DNA of 56,630 nucleotides from Girardia tigrina (Eukaryota): NCBI GenBank assembly GCA_001938485.1, contig MQRK01228361.1, positions 1 to 56,630 of the forward strand, read 5' to 3'. Shown piece by piece: positions 38,201 to 49,928 of this stretch (position 1 is its first letter; each line of letters starts with the position of its first letter). The notes under the pieces were generated by a model. It saw only the letters and a program-made list of their open reading frames with translations, ran no database searches and was not told where the DNA came from. The position numbers and the translations under genes were made by a program.

Positions 38201-41200
38201 GTCTTTTAATGAGATGGATGTGCTTGTCTATTCAAACAAAGTTTATCAAATCTCAGTGATTTTGGCGAGGTAGCTACTCGAGCTCTTTTTCTACAGCTAA
38301 ACGAACTCGATATTTTGATCGAGTTGCAGCTAATGCAGAAAATTCTGCTTCATATAAATATGATGTTACGAACTGCAGCAGTACTTTTAAAGCTTTGTAT
38401 TATATTCTATCGGATTGATGGGTATTATCAGTGGTGTAGACCGGGTGGCACGACTTTTGGGGGCGCGGCATTTGGGAATGCAAAAAATATTACACATAAA
38501 ATAAAATGAAGAAAAATCTGACCAGAAATACTGGCCATAACAGAATGTTACAATAATGCTTAATTTAATGAAAACAACAAATGGGCTGGAAGATTTGTGT
38601 CTTACTAGAGATGTACTTGCATACAAATATGCTCTCATCGCACCATCGAATCTCTTTGATGGTAATTATTATTGCCAGCTTAGCGAAATGGAAGACATTG
38701 CTGTCTGTCGTAGACAGGTTGATTGACGAAATATATTCAAGATTTCAACAAGTTCATGATCTTGCAAACAAATATGGTGTCATTGCACTATAGAATCTCT
38801 TTGGTGATAATTACGATTGCCAACTTGGTGAAATAGAAGACGAGGTGGAGTAAAAGAAATTCTTAGCCGAAAGAAGAAGACTGCAGTATTTTGTCCGAGC
38901 TTCAGGAAACGAACAGAACTTTTGAGCTTCATACAGAGATATCACCATGGGGACTCCGTCCATAATATTGCGATCTTGCTACGCATCTTTTTTACCATGC
39001 CTTCTAGTGTTATTATATTTAATAAACAACAAACATTTTTTGAATTAAATTAAAAAATGGAAAATAAACTTAACATTAAAAATCCTTTAAAAATGTGCTT
39101 TATTAGAATTAAATTATAATAATTATTTAATATTTATAAATTATCAAATATTAACTAAAAATTGAATAAAAATAAATAAAAATCTAAAAAAAACAATATT
39201 AAAAAAATCTTTAAAAATTTATAAATTATTAAATATTAAATGAATATAAAAATATTTTAAAAAACTAAAATAATGTTTTAAAAATAAATTATAATAATTA
39301 TTTAATATTTAAATGTATAATAATTATATAATAATTAAATGTTTTATCATTATCTTTTAATATAAAAAAGGTTTTTAAAAATCGGTAATCATTTTAGAAC
39401 ACATTTTCCTTCCCAAAAAATGTATTTTATGACCAGAGTATTACTTGACATTGACTTCTCAATTATGAATATTTTTATTATTATTATCATTAATTATTGC
39501 TACTATTTATTGTCTTTTTTATATTATTTAATAACAGGCCTCCCACCCGTCCCCGTTTTTCCGCGATAGTCCTGGTTTTCAAGAAGCTGTCCCGGAAAGT
39601 CCTGGATTTTAATAAATTTTCACAAAGAAAAAGTAATTTTTTTATCAACTTTTTGCTTGTAAATTTGTCTGGAGAGTCCGCTGGAATTGTTGTGCAATTT
39701 ATCACTGACGTGTTGGAGAACAATGGAATGGAGTTCCACAATATGGTTTCATTTTGCGCTGATAATGCGCCTGTCAAATTTGGTGGTGCTCAGCACAATG
39801 GACAAATGAACGTCTTCAAGAATCTCACTGAAAAATACAAACGACTGATTCCGATTGGTTGCCCAGCACACATTCTCCACAACACGGCTCAAAAAGGTGC
39901 AGATGGATTGCCATTTGATATTGAAGCCATTGTTTTCAAATTGCGCAGTTACTTCAAAGGATCGACTCAGCGTCATGAACAACTGAAAGGTGTTTGTGAG
40001 CTTCTTGAGGTTGAGTATTCTTCAAAAGTTAATTGACAAAAGCACCGAAGAAAAATGGCAGTATATTTTTGAGAAAAATGATGGTTTGTCGTGCATTTTG
40101 CATCTGGTCTGTACAATTTTGGCAGTGCCTGTTTGCCGAACGAGTCATTTCAGTCTACAACGTGCAATGAACTAAGGAACGAAGCTCACTCGGCGTTAAA
40201 GTTAATTTGGACGACATGCCTTGTACTAAACTGTATGAACTTTTATTGAAAAATGACAATTTGTTTTAAAAGATTCGATCAAGTTTGAAATATTAATCTG
40301 TTTCAATTTATGTATCAAATTTGCAATTGTCCCGGATATTTGTCCTTTGTCCTGTTTTTTTTCAATTTTCTGTTTAATAATGAAATGAAATTGATAATTG
40401 TTTTTCTTCTAATAATTAGTATAAAGTATATTATTAATTATTGTTTTATGGGAACGAATGTTATACTAATTTAATTAATTAAAATAAATTAAATTAATTA
40501 TTAAATTAAATTAATAAAAAAAAATAAATAATTAAAATAATAATTTATTTGTTAAATAATTTTTTTAATAAAATAAATAATAATGTATCTGTTTTTTCAA
40601 TTTTTTTGTCCTGAGTTTCCTTCTAGACGAAATGGGAGGCCTGTTTAATAATGAAATGAAATTGATAATTGTTTTTTTTCTAATAATTAGTATAAAGTAT
40701 ATTATTAATTATTGTTTTATGGGAACGATTTTCTATAATTTCGTTTCGAATTAGAGGAATAACTGGTGGAATGAATGAATAAAATTGTTAATTAATTAAT
40801 AAAAAATGAAATAATTAATTATTAATTGATTGAAATTCAATCAAATCAAATTTAATTAAATAAATAAAATCAAATTTAATAATTTATTTGTTAAATAATT
40901 TTTTAATAAAATAAATAATTTATTTATTCAATGAATTAAATTAATTAATTAAAATAAATTAAATTAATTATTATTAATTTATTAAATAAATAATTAATAT
41001 TAAAAAATAAATTAATTTTATGTATTCATTAACCGTTATGAAAGATATCAAATTGTGAAGAATAATTTTATCTGGAAAATAGTTCCATAGCCAGTAGTAT
41101 TAGCTGCCCCTGGGTTGAGTAAGTTCTATCCCAATCCCTCAAGTAATCCAATATGTTGTGTAACGACACACACGGATTAAATACTTTGTAAACTAATTAA

Positions 41201-44014
41201 AAAAATTACGCTGAACTTATTCTTATTTCTATAATTTTATTATAATTTCTGAATTAAAATAACAATTAATAATAATATTTATATAAAAAACAAAAATATT
41301 TTCTAAAATTAAAAAAATAATCGTAAAGGGAAAATATCTGCAAATAAATGGCGTAATAAGCAGTAGTACTTGATGTGCCGGGTTTGATTAAATTGAATCT
41401 CAATCCCCATTGTTTAAGTAGCCTAATCTTAATTGAAGATATCTATAATGATTGCGCAATAGCTGAATTATACTGTCTTATGTATTATATTTTTCAATTA
41501 AGTTTGTTTAGTCTCATTTTTTCAGACTATATTTTATTTATTCTTATTTTTCCATAGAAAAATTAACTGTAAATATTTTTAAAAAGAGAAAACAATTCTA
41601 AAAAAATATTAAGTGTCAGATACATGAAATACATTAGGAATGGCCGTTAAATTGTGAAGTAAATTTTATAAACATTAATTGTATTCTGAAATGGGGGTAC
41701 GGAACTGCGCCTCGTGAAAAATAATAATAAATATTAATAAAAAATTGTCTGGTGGGCCCCAAATAGATGTATAAATATCTCTCGATCGAATAAAAGACGT
41801 CATTTACGTTATTCTTTCGCAATTTTTCCGCGTATTTCAAGTAATCTTCCTCTTCTTCGTCATTCAGTATCGATTGGTCGGCCCAACTGTTACTGATTCG
41901 CTTGTTGATTCGTTCGTTGACTTGCCGGATCTCGATATCGGGATCGTAGTTCTTGTGGTAGCGTTTCATCGCGGAATTCTGTGATACAACAATGACAATT
42001 AAAACAGAGATATAAGAAAGAGAGTTGGCTATTCTTGAGTTTTCCCCGGGTAATACAGTGAGGTCCATTTATCAATATCAAAAATCCATTCGATAATAGA
42101 ACACCTGTATTTTTATGTTGATTTTTTTGATTTTTGGAATTTAATTGAAGGTAAATATATTTTTTTCAACATTTGTTAATTTAAATATAATAAATTTTAA
42201 AGAAAAATTGAAAGATATAATTTAATTTTCCATTCATTAATATTATGTATTCATTTGTTAATAAAAATAAATAAACAATTTTAATACATTTTTTATTAAT
42301 TTACTTGTTTCCATTAAATTATTCAAATTACGATTCAGATTTATAATTATAAGATTAATGAAAATTTTGATTTATTTTTTCACTGTCGAACTTTTTTTAA
42401 TTTAAATCGAAAATTCAATTTTTAAAAATATTTATTTATTTTTATTAATTTTTTAATAAAATTAATTTTATTTTTTACTTTTGCAATTATTAAAAGAAAT
42501 TTTTTTTGAAAAAAATGATTAATTTTTGTATTTTAAAATAAATTTATTAAAATATTTTGATTAAAAATTTTATTAAAAACTTTGATTAATTGAAAAATTT
42601 ATGAAAAAACATACAAAATTTTATATTGTTAAATGGACATTTTATTCTCAAATGGACATTTGAGTATTTTTTTAAATTAACATATTGATTGGTTAAATTT
42701 TATTTTTCTTTCAATTTTAGATATGGATTTATTATCAAATGGAAACATTATATAATTAAATGGACCTCACTGTACTTTGAGATAATAATAAATATCAATT
42801 AATTAAATAAATGATAATAATGTAATTTAATTTAATAAATAATTGAATATAGAATAATAATGATTATATATAATTAATTTAATTAAAATTATTAATAGTA
42901 ATAATAATTAATTAATAAATGAATAATTATTAATTAAATAAATAATTGTGATTAATATATAATTTTATGAATAATATACAAAACAAATAAATAATAATTG
43001 GATGTAGTTGGTTATGGATCCCGCAGGTTTAAGACTAAAAATCAATGTAAATAATTTAACTATAACTGCGCCTTGAACAATCATATTTGTATGTTTTCTT
43101 CTCCTTTTAAGTGTATTTTTATTAACTGAAAATTGATTTAAAAAATCAAAAAAAAATAGAATCTAAAAAACAAACATTTTTTGAATTAAATTAAAAAATA
43201 AAAAATAAACTTAACATTAAAAATCCTTTAAAAATGTGTTTTATTAGAATTAAATTATAATAATTATTAAATATTTATAAATTATCAAATATTAACTAAA
43301 AATTGAATAAAAAATAAATAAAAACAATATTAAAAAAATCTTTAAAAATTTATAAATTATTTAATAATTATAAATTATCAAAAGAAATTTAAAAACCTAA
43401 AAAAAATAGCACAGTCAAATTTTTAATAAAACCGTAAAACTAAAGCGACATTTTAGGGGAAAACTAAAGAAAATCCGAAGAGAGAGAGAAAGTCGAAAAT
43501 CCGTACCACTGAAAGAACACTCGGCGATCGAACGAGCACTTCCTGAGAGATCTCCGATAACGGAGCTTTACAATGTCGATTTTCCCGTTTCGGAGTCGAC
43601 ATTTTCAATGGCTGTTGAGATTGTTTCAAGTCGCTGTTTGCGTTGTTGTTGTAGCTATTGCAACCATTGTCCCTGGAGGAAACGCGTTTTACGATAAAGA
43701 AAGAAAGAAAATTTAGTCCGATTAACAAACTTTTCCCGTTTTGGTGTCAACAATTTCATTGGCTGTTGAGACTCTTTTAAGTCGCTGTTTGCATTGTTGT
43801 TGTAGTTATTGTAACCATTGTCGCTGGAAGAAATGCATTTTACGATAGAGAAAGAAAATCTAGTCCGATTAACAAACTTTTGATTTTGAATTCTCGAGCT
43901 CTTTCGATATTTGAATTTCTCTACGAATGGAGAATTTTTAATCGGCTTTTCTTTTCTCGATTTATTGTTGTAATAATTCGTATTTGTTGTTGCAGTAGAA
44001 GAAGTATTGTTCAT
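29203..44014 (-). CDS. SLBP: Histone RNA hairpin (stem-loop) binding protein, predicted 382 aa, 8 exons
   Basis: Exons 44014-43878, 43823-43731, 43672-43507, 41978-41808, 36486-36257, 29644-29488, 29441-29353 and 29308-29203 join with GT-AG sites and matching phases (1149 nt). Exon 5 encodes the SLBP RNA-binding domain (VLARRQ..I..GK...Y..Y...V....R...PRTPNK....SRRGWDG..RKW...IHAW). Exon 4 has SWADQ...EEEE, similar to the SLBP N-terminal W-containing acidic motif. Extra micro-exons cannot be excluded. Confidence 0.9.
30550..31285 (+). mobile_element. Decayed TIR DNA transposon (superfamily uncertain)
   Basis: Ends ggggctggtcataaa and tgacataatttataaac, with G-rich subterminal tracts at both ends. 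Internal remnant reads DTYCPS...C...LYCAS.....H...H. Confidence 0.5.
31840..32010 (+). pseudogene. pogo DDE-domain fragment
   Basis: Reads LIPGCLTTKLHPLDIAVNHHFKQ, matching the pogo P...T..LQPLD..VN..FK motif. Confidence 0.65.
33391..34571 (+). mobile_element. Tc1/mariner-superfamily element, young (interior is an N-gap)
   Basis: Perfect 26-bp TIRs cagggtgcggcagctatttgagaaca with TA on both sides. About 1.18 kb long. ATG at 33481. Confidence 0.88.
34575..34853 (+). mobile_element. hAT 3' end (C-terminal dimerisation domain plus terminus)
   Basis: Reads STAIERVFSIDGAITTK...NLNFETLNSLIFLK. Subterminal tatttgaata repeats and terminal tctcta. Confidence 0.7.
35310..35530 (-). pseudogene. IS630/Tc1-like transposase fragment
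   Basis: PERRNC...DDKNFIF(frameshift)EKVGFAVVTRP parallels PETRNT...NFIFIDESGF of the element at 24640-26033. Confidence 0.55.
36572..37724 (+). mobile_element. mariner transposon, decayed, in SLBP intron 4 about 85 bp from the RBD exon
   Basis: TIRs ttacgttgtcctaaaagttcccgatcaa and ttgaccgggaatttttagaacaatctaa with TA flanks. Motifs VTSDEKW, QQDNVKPY and HHAYSPDCAPSD. Confidence 0.92.
38041..38390 (-). mobile_element. hAT (Buster/Charlie-like) 3' end
   Basis: TIR-like caatgttttccaaactt at 38041. The minus strand reads ELRVATS...RFDKLCLNRQAHPSH*. Confidence 0.75.
38429..39010 (+). mobile_element. hAT (Tip100-like) fragment
   Basis: Terminus cagtggtgtag. Remnants VVDRLIDEIYSRFQ and NIAILLRIFFTMPSS. 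Confidence 0.6.
39535..40643 (+). mobile_element. hAT DNA transposon (Blackjack-like), internally deleted
   Basis: TIRs caggcctccca and tgggaggcctg with 8-bp TSD tttaataa. ORF contains SFCADNAP..FGG and IGCPAHILHN (CxxH motif). Confidence 0.92.
42056..42772. mobile_element. Tc1/mariner-type MITE
   Basis: 16-bp TIRs cagtgaggtccattta with TA flanks, subterminal aaatggacat repeats, and no ORF. Confidence 0.85.
43580..43881 (-). repeat. Tandem duplication of an intron plus exon unit in SLBP (about 147-151 bp, two copies)
   Basis: Both units begin gtttgttaatcggacta...ccag and encode DNG.N.YNNNANSDLK.SQQP.K..TPKRE. Confidence 0.92.
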
Positions 44015-45827
44015 TGCAAATTTAAAAAAATGATCTATTCAAAAATCGATAATAAAGTCTTAGAAATAGAAATTATCTGTCAATTTAAACAAAGTTTCTT
44101 TGTTATGAGAATTTTTGTTTTTTTGTGTTTTTTTATATTTTTATATTGAATATTGATGAAAAAAATTTAATTTTGCTTTTAGGATTTGAAAAATTCGTTT
44201 TTTAACCAAATATTTTTTTAATATTTAAGAGAAAAAACGAACTTTTTAAAATAGGATTATCTTTATATAAGTAATAATCATTTTTTTCAAAAATTTTTGT
44301 AAATTATAACTTACGAATTAACGATATTTTTTCCGATGTAATTTTATCAGAATCAAATTCTTCGACAAAAGACCAAAATTCATGTTCTCTAAAGTGAAAT
44401 CTCTAATCTAAAGATCTTCAAACATATTTTTATTAATTTTCCAGAAATAAGAGTTTTAATTGTAAAAAAAAGCCTGTTGACTAGCTTTAAAAAGTTAATT
44501 GCAAGACTTTTTTGATTAATTATAGATTATTCATATCGCTATTTCAAAAAAAATATTCTAGAGATAGTTAACGATCAATATAACATTACAAAAATATCCT
44601 AATTTTTTTTGACAACTAACTTCCTAATACAGAATAATCGGAGAAAGGTCAAATTTTAATAAACGTTAATTTTACTAACTTTAGTTTATAAAAAATTAAT
44701 AAAATTTTCAAATAAAAATTATGTAATCAAAATCTTTTGGACAACTGAGAGCAAAACTTATTCTTTTCTTTACCGCCATCTTTAATCAGAACAAACGAAA
44801 ATTAAAAAGAAAGTTACCATTTAAGTGGAGTAATGGATTGTGTAATCAATACGTCATCAGTACCTAATTTAAATTATCCCTATTGACGTTGTAGAGTGCA
44901 ATTAATTTTTTGATTTTATGATAGGTCTTAGTCATAAAGAATTCACATGTCACTCTTTTGCAATAATTTTTAAATCTAGCCCAAATAATTTTATAAAAAT
45001 ATTCTTTTTAATAATCTTTTTTTTAATCTTTTCATCCAGGTTACGTATTTGACACCATGGTAATCCGTGAGAACCCCCTGAGCAGAGTAAGGCTGGACAT
45101 CATTTTCACACTTTCCGACCGTTCCTTGCAGATTGAGTTTAATCTGCTTCTTCTAAAGCTGTTCAACTTCCTGAATTTCCCTCCTAAGTTGGACATTCGA
45201 TGTACCGCACAAAAATTTACCAAGGTCAATCGATAAAGTTATGAAAACTTGAAGATTTCAAACATATTGGTCGAATTTTTGCATTGATTGTTCCATCTCT
45301 GGCCACAAACTGGAGTTACAATTACGCGCTGTCATTAGTTGGCATGGTATTTTCTTGATTCGGCTTCATTACTCATCTACTACATTCAAATTCATGGAGT
45401 ACTGTCTATGATTTGATGCTATTACTAAATAACTGCGTCGTTAACAAACGATATAATTTACTTGAATAATGACATGTGAAGGGTTGACTCTTGACCCGGT
45501 CATCAGGGGCAGTTGACAGACAGGGGCCAGAAATCACTGCATGTGAGCTATCAGAACCTATAGGGTATCTGAAGGAGTGATCATGATTGAAATCTTCAAA
45601 ACGTTTATTTTGGTTTCACTCCACTTTTTATTTTGAGATTCACAAAAGATATACTCATATGGCTTTATTCATTTTACAATTAATATTTTAATTTCATTTC
45701 CTGTTGATCATACCTTTCAAGTTAAATAACATAGACATAATTACAAAAATTAATTTAGTCAAACTTCGAGTCTGAGAGAAATTGACTTAAAAACCTCCTC
45801 TCGATGTGGAAAACAAAATCCTTTAAA

Positions 45828-46300
45828 TGTTGGCGTATCGAGGTGACCTAATAAAATATAAAACAAAATGTAAAAAAATTGAAGATTCTTTTATAAATAT
45901 TTATTTAATTTATTACAAAAATTACAAAAGTATTTAAAAACAAAACATAAATCTTATAAGTTGATTTTTGATTTTGGATAATACGAGAAGAGTATTCTCT
46001 TACTCGAATTATTTTAAAGATATAAAAATATAATTAAGTAAGATATAAGTTAAATGTTTCTCCTTTTATGATAGTACCAGTTTTATGATCGTTCCAACTT
46101 TTGACATTAATTTGGCGATACAGAGTTCTGTTCTGATAGTTGAAATTTATTCACGACTTTTATACTCTTCGTTATTATTAAATTATCTCTGTGTGAGATA
46201 ATTTATGCAGACGAAAACAAAATTCTTCGTTCTTGAACTTTTAAAATTCTTTTAAAAATATAATTAAGGTGATCTTTCTTTAAAATATTTTTCTTTTATA
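45828..46300 (-). repeat. Probable 3' LTR of the glycoprotein-protease element
   Basis: On the minus strand a purine tract (aaaagagg, near 46302-46309) follows the protease stop, and the region ends with aataaa...gatacgccAACA at 45828. No partner LTR is visible. Confidence 0.4.
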
Positions 46301-46381
46301 GTCCTCTTTTAAATATAATTTGCCTTTATTTATCTTTTAAAATATAATGCTTATAATTTATATAATTGTTTTATATAATTG

Positions 46382-48320
46382 TTATAATTGTTTTATAACA
46401 TATAATTCAGTTTGAATTTCTTGATCCACCATTTGAATAGGGAGGGTTATTCTACCCTCTGTATTTAAGGTATGACTGGTTAAAGATGTCAAATTCTGAC
46501 TGTTCTGTTCAATATTTTTCTGTTGTTCTTTCGATAAAAATTTCATTTTAATAAGAGATGCAGCTGCTCCTGTATCAATTAAAGCTACTATTTTCTTTTT
46601 ATTTATTCGAATTTGAGCAGTTGGTCTCTCTTGAGTTCCATCTTTATTTAATGCACTGATTTCTTCGATATCTGCCATTTCATTAAATAAAAAATGATTT
46701 TGTTCTTTTCTCCACATCTCAGATTGAATATTTGGTAGTGTCTCCTTTGGCTTTTTATATGCTCCATCCTTGCAAGATTTATCTGGTAATAGTTTATACA
46801 TCTTGTTATTTGGATTTTGAGAGTGCATTGGTTCTTCCATAGGAATTGTTGTTACTGTAGGTTTGTTTATTAGATGTTTTATATCTTGGCTATATTTAGT
46901 AGTTATTAAATATTTAGCAAAAATTGGGCAGAAACGGGTGAGTAATTTCCATGTTCTTCCAAACACGGCATGTAACTGTTTAAATGACAACAGAGCTGAA
47001 AATAATAACTTTACAGTCAATATAATATAATATATTCCTAAGAATCGGGAAAATATGTTTCCGAATACTTGAAAATTTCCCCATAAACTTTTCAATGTTG
47101 TCGTTGCAGATCTCTTGAAATGGTCCGGAAACAATAATAGTTCGAAATCAGGCTCTTTGGATGATATTCCACTTGTTACTTTATCAACGAGGATTTGAAC
47201 AACTTTTTGTACTTGAATTGGGAACAGAATTATATTCTTGCATCCTCCATGGCTTCTTGCTAATACATACCCCCTTGTTCTAATTCCTCAAACGTTTGAA
47301 ATTGAAGTCTTCTATCTATTGCCGTCATTTCTTATTTTTCTGGGGATGCTACTGCTTTCCGATCTGATACTATTATCCATCTATTTTCATCCGATTTGAA
47401 CATTGGATCCAAAATATTAGTACATTTATCAATTATTCTGGGTTGATATTTCTGATCTGTTAAGATTCTCGTAATTGGCAAAAGAAAGACTTGTATTCTT
47501 GATATGATACTGGCAATTCGTTGGTACATTTATCAATTACTGCCAATGTAACTTGAACTATTTTACAACTGAAGATCTGTAGTGTCTCTCCAATAACACC
47601 AGCGAACGTACTTTTTCATTAAATAACATTGGTATAATCAATTCTGGATTCACTGCAACTGCTGCTATCTTTAATTCTAAGATTTGTCTATTTATTTGAC
47701 AATTTGCTCTAATTATTTCATATTATAATCTTTGGACTGTCATTAAGGTACCATGTTACAAATAATCGATCTTACTATGTAATTATGATAGTGTTTTTAC
47801 ATCAACTTTGTTCACTTTATCCTGCGATTCTTTTATAACTTCACTTGATAAATATATTCCTTTATAATGTGTCTCAATGACTTCTTTGGTGCATTTAATT
47901 GTAGTGCCTTTTTCAATAAATTTCATCATCTCATCTTTTTTTGCTGACATGTATATAGTTGGTGTCTTTTCTTTTTAGGTACAACCTTTTCCCTTTTTTT
48001 TGTCTCTCATTTTCGGTCGCATCATCATTGAATATTAAACCTTGATAAATTTTAAATTTTGTTATTTTTAACAATGTCAATATACATTCTTTTTTATCCA
48101 ATTGATAAGTTATTGTGGATTCTCCAGTGTCACAACTTCCATCTTCGGCGAAACAGAATGGGTGTGTCATCATCTTTCAGGTGACACTATCAAATGTAGC
48201 TTGGAATTTTCTTAATTACGTCATATATTGACGTCTAACGACTAATTTACTATATTTCTTTCCCCATATTGTGTATTCTCCTCCTTCGCACCATCCTGAT
48301 GGCAAATAATCTGATTTTCA
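46382..48320 (-). pseudogene. Chuvirus-like (class III/gB-type) envelope glycoprotein fused to a retropepsin aspartic protease; retroelement remnant
   Basis: Manual translation gives GWCEGGEYTIWG..YSKLVVR, C...DGSCDTGE, SKIDYL, CQINRQIL, GETLQIFSCK.V.V......CTNELPV, LLPITRIL, DPMF.....W, GGMY, and a TM segment LWGNFQVFGNIFSRFLGIYYIILTVKLL. ORF 47134-46382 then continues without a stop to VALIDTGAAASL. Several stops and frameshifts lie upstream of 47134. Confidence 0.8.
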
Positions 48321-49274
48321 ATTTTTCAGGAATTCTTCATTGACGAATGAACAAAAATCATTCATCACCAAATTGGTTGATATCAAATCACCTGACAAAC
48401 TTTATTGAAAAAGTAAGATAAAAGATTTTCTTTTTAATTTGAATTACTAATCTTCCGTTAGTTTTTAATTTTCAGAATTTATCTACTTTATTTGAATGGA
48501 TAACGAGACTCCTGATAAGCATCGAAAACACCTTAATAGATAAAGGCAAAAATGTAATCGAGAACGCCAAAAGGAGAACTTAGAAGAAATGAGGCAAGCT
48601 AAAATGCAAAAACAAACAGAATATATGAGGCTACGTCGTGACAATGAAAACTCGGAGCAACGTCGAATTTGACTCAATGCTCTTGCTCTTGCAAATGGTC
48701 AGTTGCGCGCAAATAAAACTTCAGAGCAACGCCAAGCATTCCAAGTTTAAATCAGTCTTGAGATTCAAAATTAGGCTTTGAATTTTCACAAGATAACAGT
48801 AAATGTCCATAGTTGCGGCGATATGAATATAACGTGCCATTTTCGAAATATCAAAAAATTTCAAAGATGAAAAACCTTCCGACGGCCTTTTTACTCAATG
48901 ATGCAGCAAAGGAAAATTCAAACTATCAGTACTAGAAGACATTGTTGGAAATTCACTTGAGTATCCAGATTTCTTGCGTGATCTCATGACCATCCGTTGA
49001 AATCCACTCTATGGAAAATTTGGAGATTAAATAAGATCAATTAACAATGCTGTATCCTTTGTATCAATGGGAGCCGACATTGTGAATGTTCCAGGGCGTG
49101 GTCCATATGTCTTTAAAGTCCATGGACGAACCTATCATCGTACAAGTCATCTCAACCTGTTGTATCTCAGCAGAGGTTCTTTTATTATTTGAATTTGAAA
49201 TCGGATCGAATTGATTTAAAGAAAAATCTTCACCGGTTAAGACTGCTGCTTGTATCGCACCGCTACTGGATCGA

Positions 49275-49514
49275 GTTAGATTTTTGAAGAACTGTTGTGA
49301 CACAAAACATGTATCCTCTTTACATTGATTCATGATATACATCTCACTCTGAACGTCCAATTGTCCGTAAGAAATAACTTCAATTAATCGATTTATCAAA
49401 ATTTTCCCTCCGATAGTCATTCGTTTGATACAATCGTTCAGAGGTATTCCGTTATGCATTGGAACAAATGTTGTAAAACTGTAACTTGAATCTATTATTA
49501 GGCTCCATTCATTC
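49275..49514 (-). pseudogene. ACTR6: Actin-related protein 6 (ARP6) gene fragment
   Basis: IIDSSYSFTTFVP...IKRMTIGGKILINRLIEVISYGQLDVQSEMYIMNQCKEDTCFVSQQF matches the ARP6 signature DSG.SFT.I.P...R..VGGK.LTN.LKE.ISYRQL..M.ET...NQ.KE..C.VS. Similarity stops near 49275, and the 5' side enters an N-gap. Confidence 0.85.
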
Positions 49515-49928
49515 NNNNNNNNNNNNNNNNNNNNNNNNNNNNNNNNNNNNNNNNNNNNNNNNNNNNNNNNNNNNNNNNNNNNNNNNNNNNNNNNNNNNNN
49601 NNNNNNNNNNNNNNNNNNNNNNNNNNNNNNNNNNNNNNNNNNNNNNNNNNNNNNNNNNNNNNNNNNNNNNNNNNNNNNNNNNNNNNNNNNNNNNNNNNNN
49701 NNNNNNNNNNNNNNNNNNNNNNNNNNNNNNNNNNNNNNNNNNNNNNNNNNNNNNNNNNNNNNNNNNNNNNNNNNNNNNNNNNNNNNNNNNNNNNNNNNNN
49801 NNNNNNNNNNNNNNNNNNNNNNNNNNNNNNNNNNNNNNNNNNNNNNNNNNNNNNNNNNNNNNNNNNNNNNNNNNNNNNNNNNNNNNNNNNNNNNNNNNNN
49901 NNNNNNNNNNNNNNNNNNNNNNNNNNNN

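Noticed and set aside
45035-45600. GC-elevated island upstream of SLBP
   Set aside because: No frame gives a recognisable domain or a consistent splice pattern, so it is left unannotated.
49064-49459. 131-aa ORF as a complete ARP6 gene
   Set aside because: Only about the first 60 residues are ARP6-like. The rest reads through the insert end into antisense Helitron sequence.
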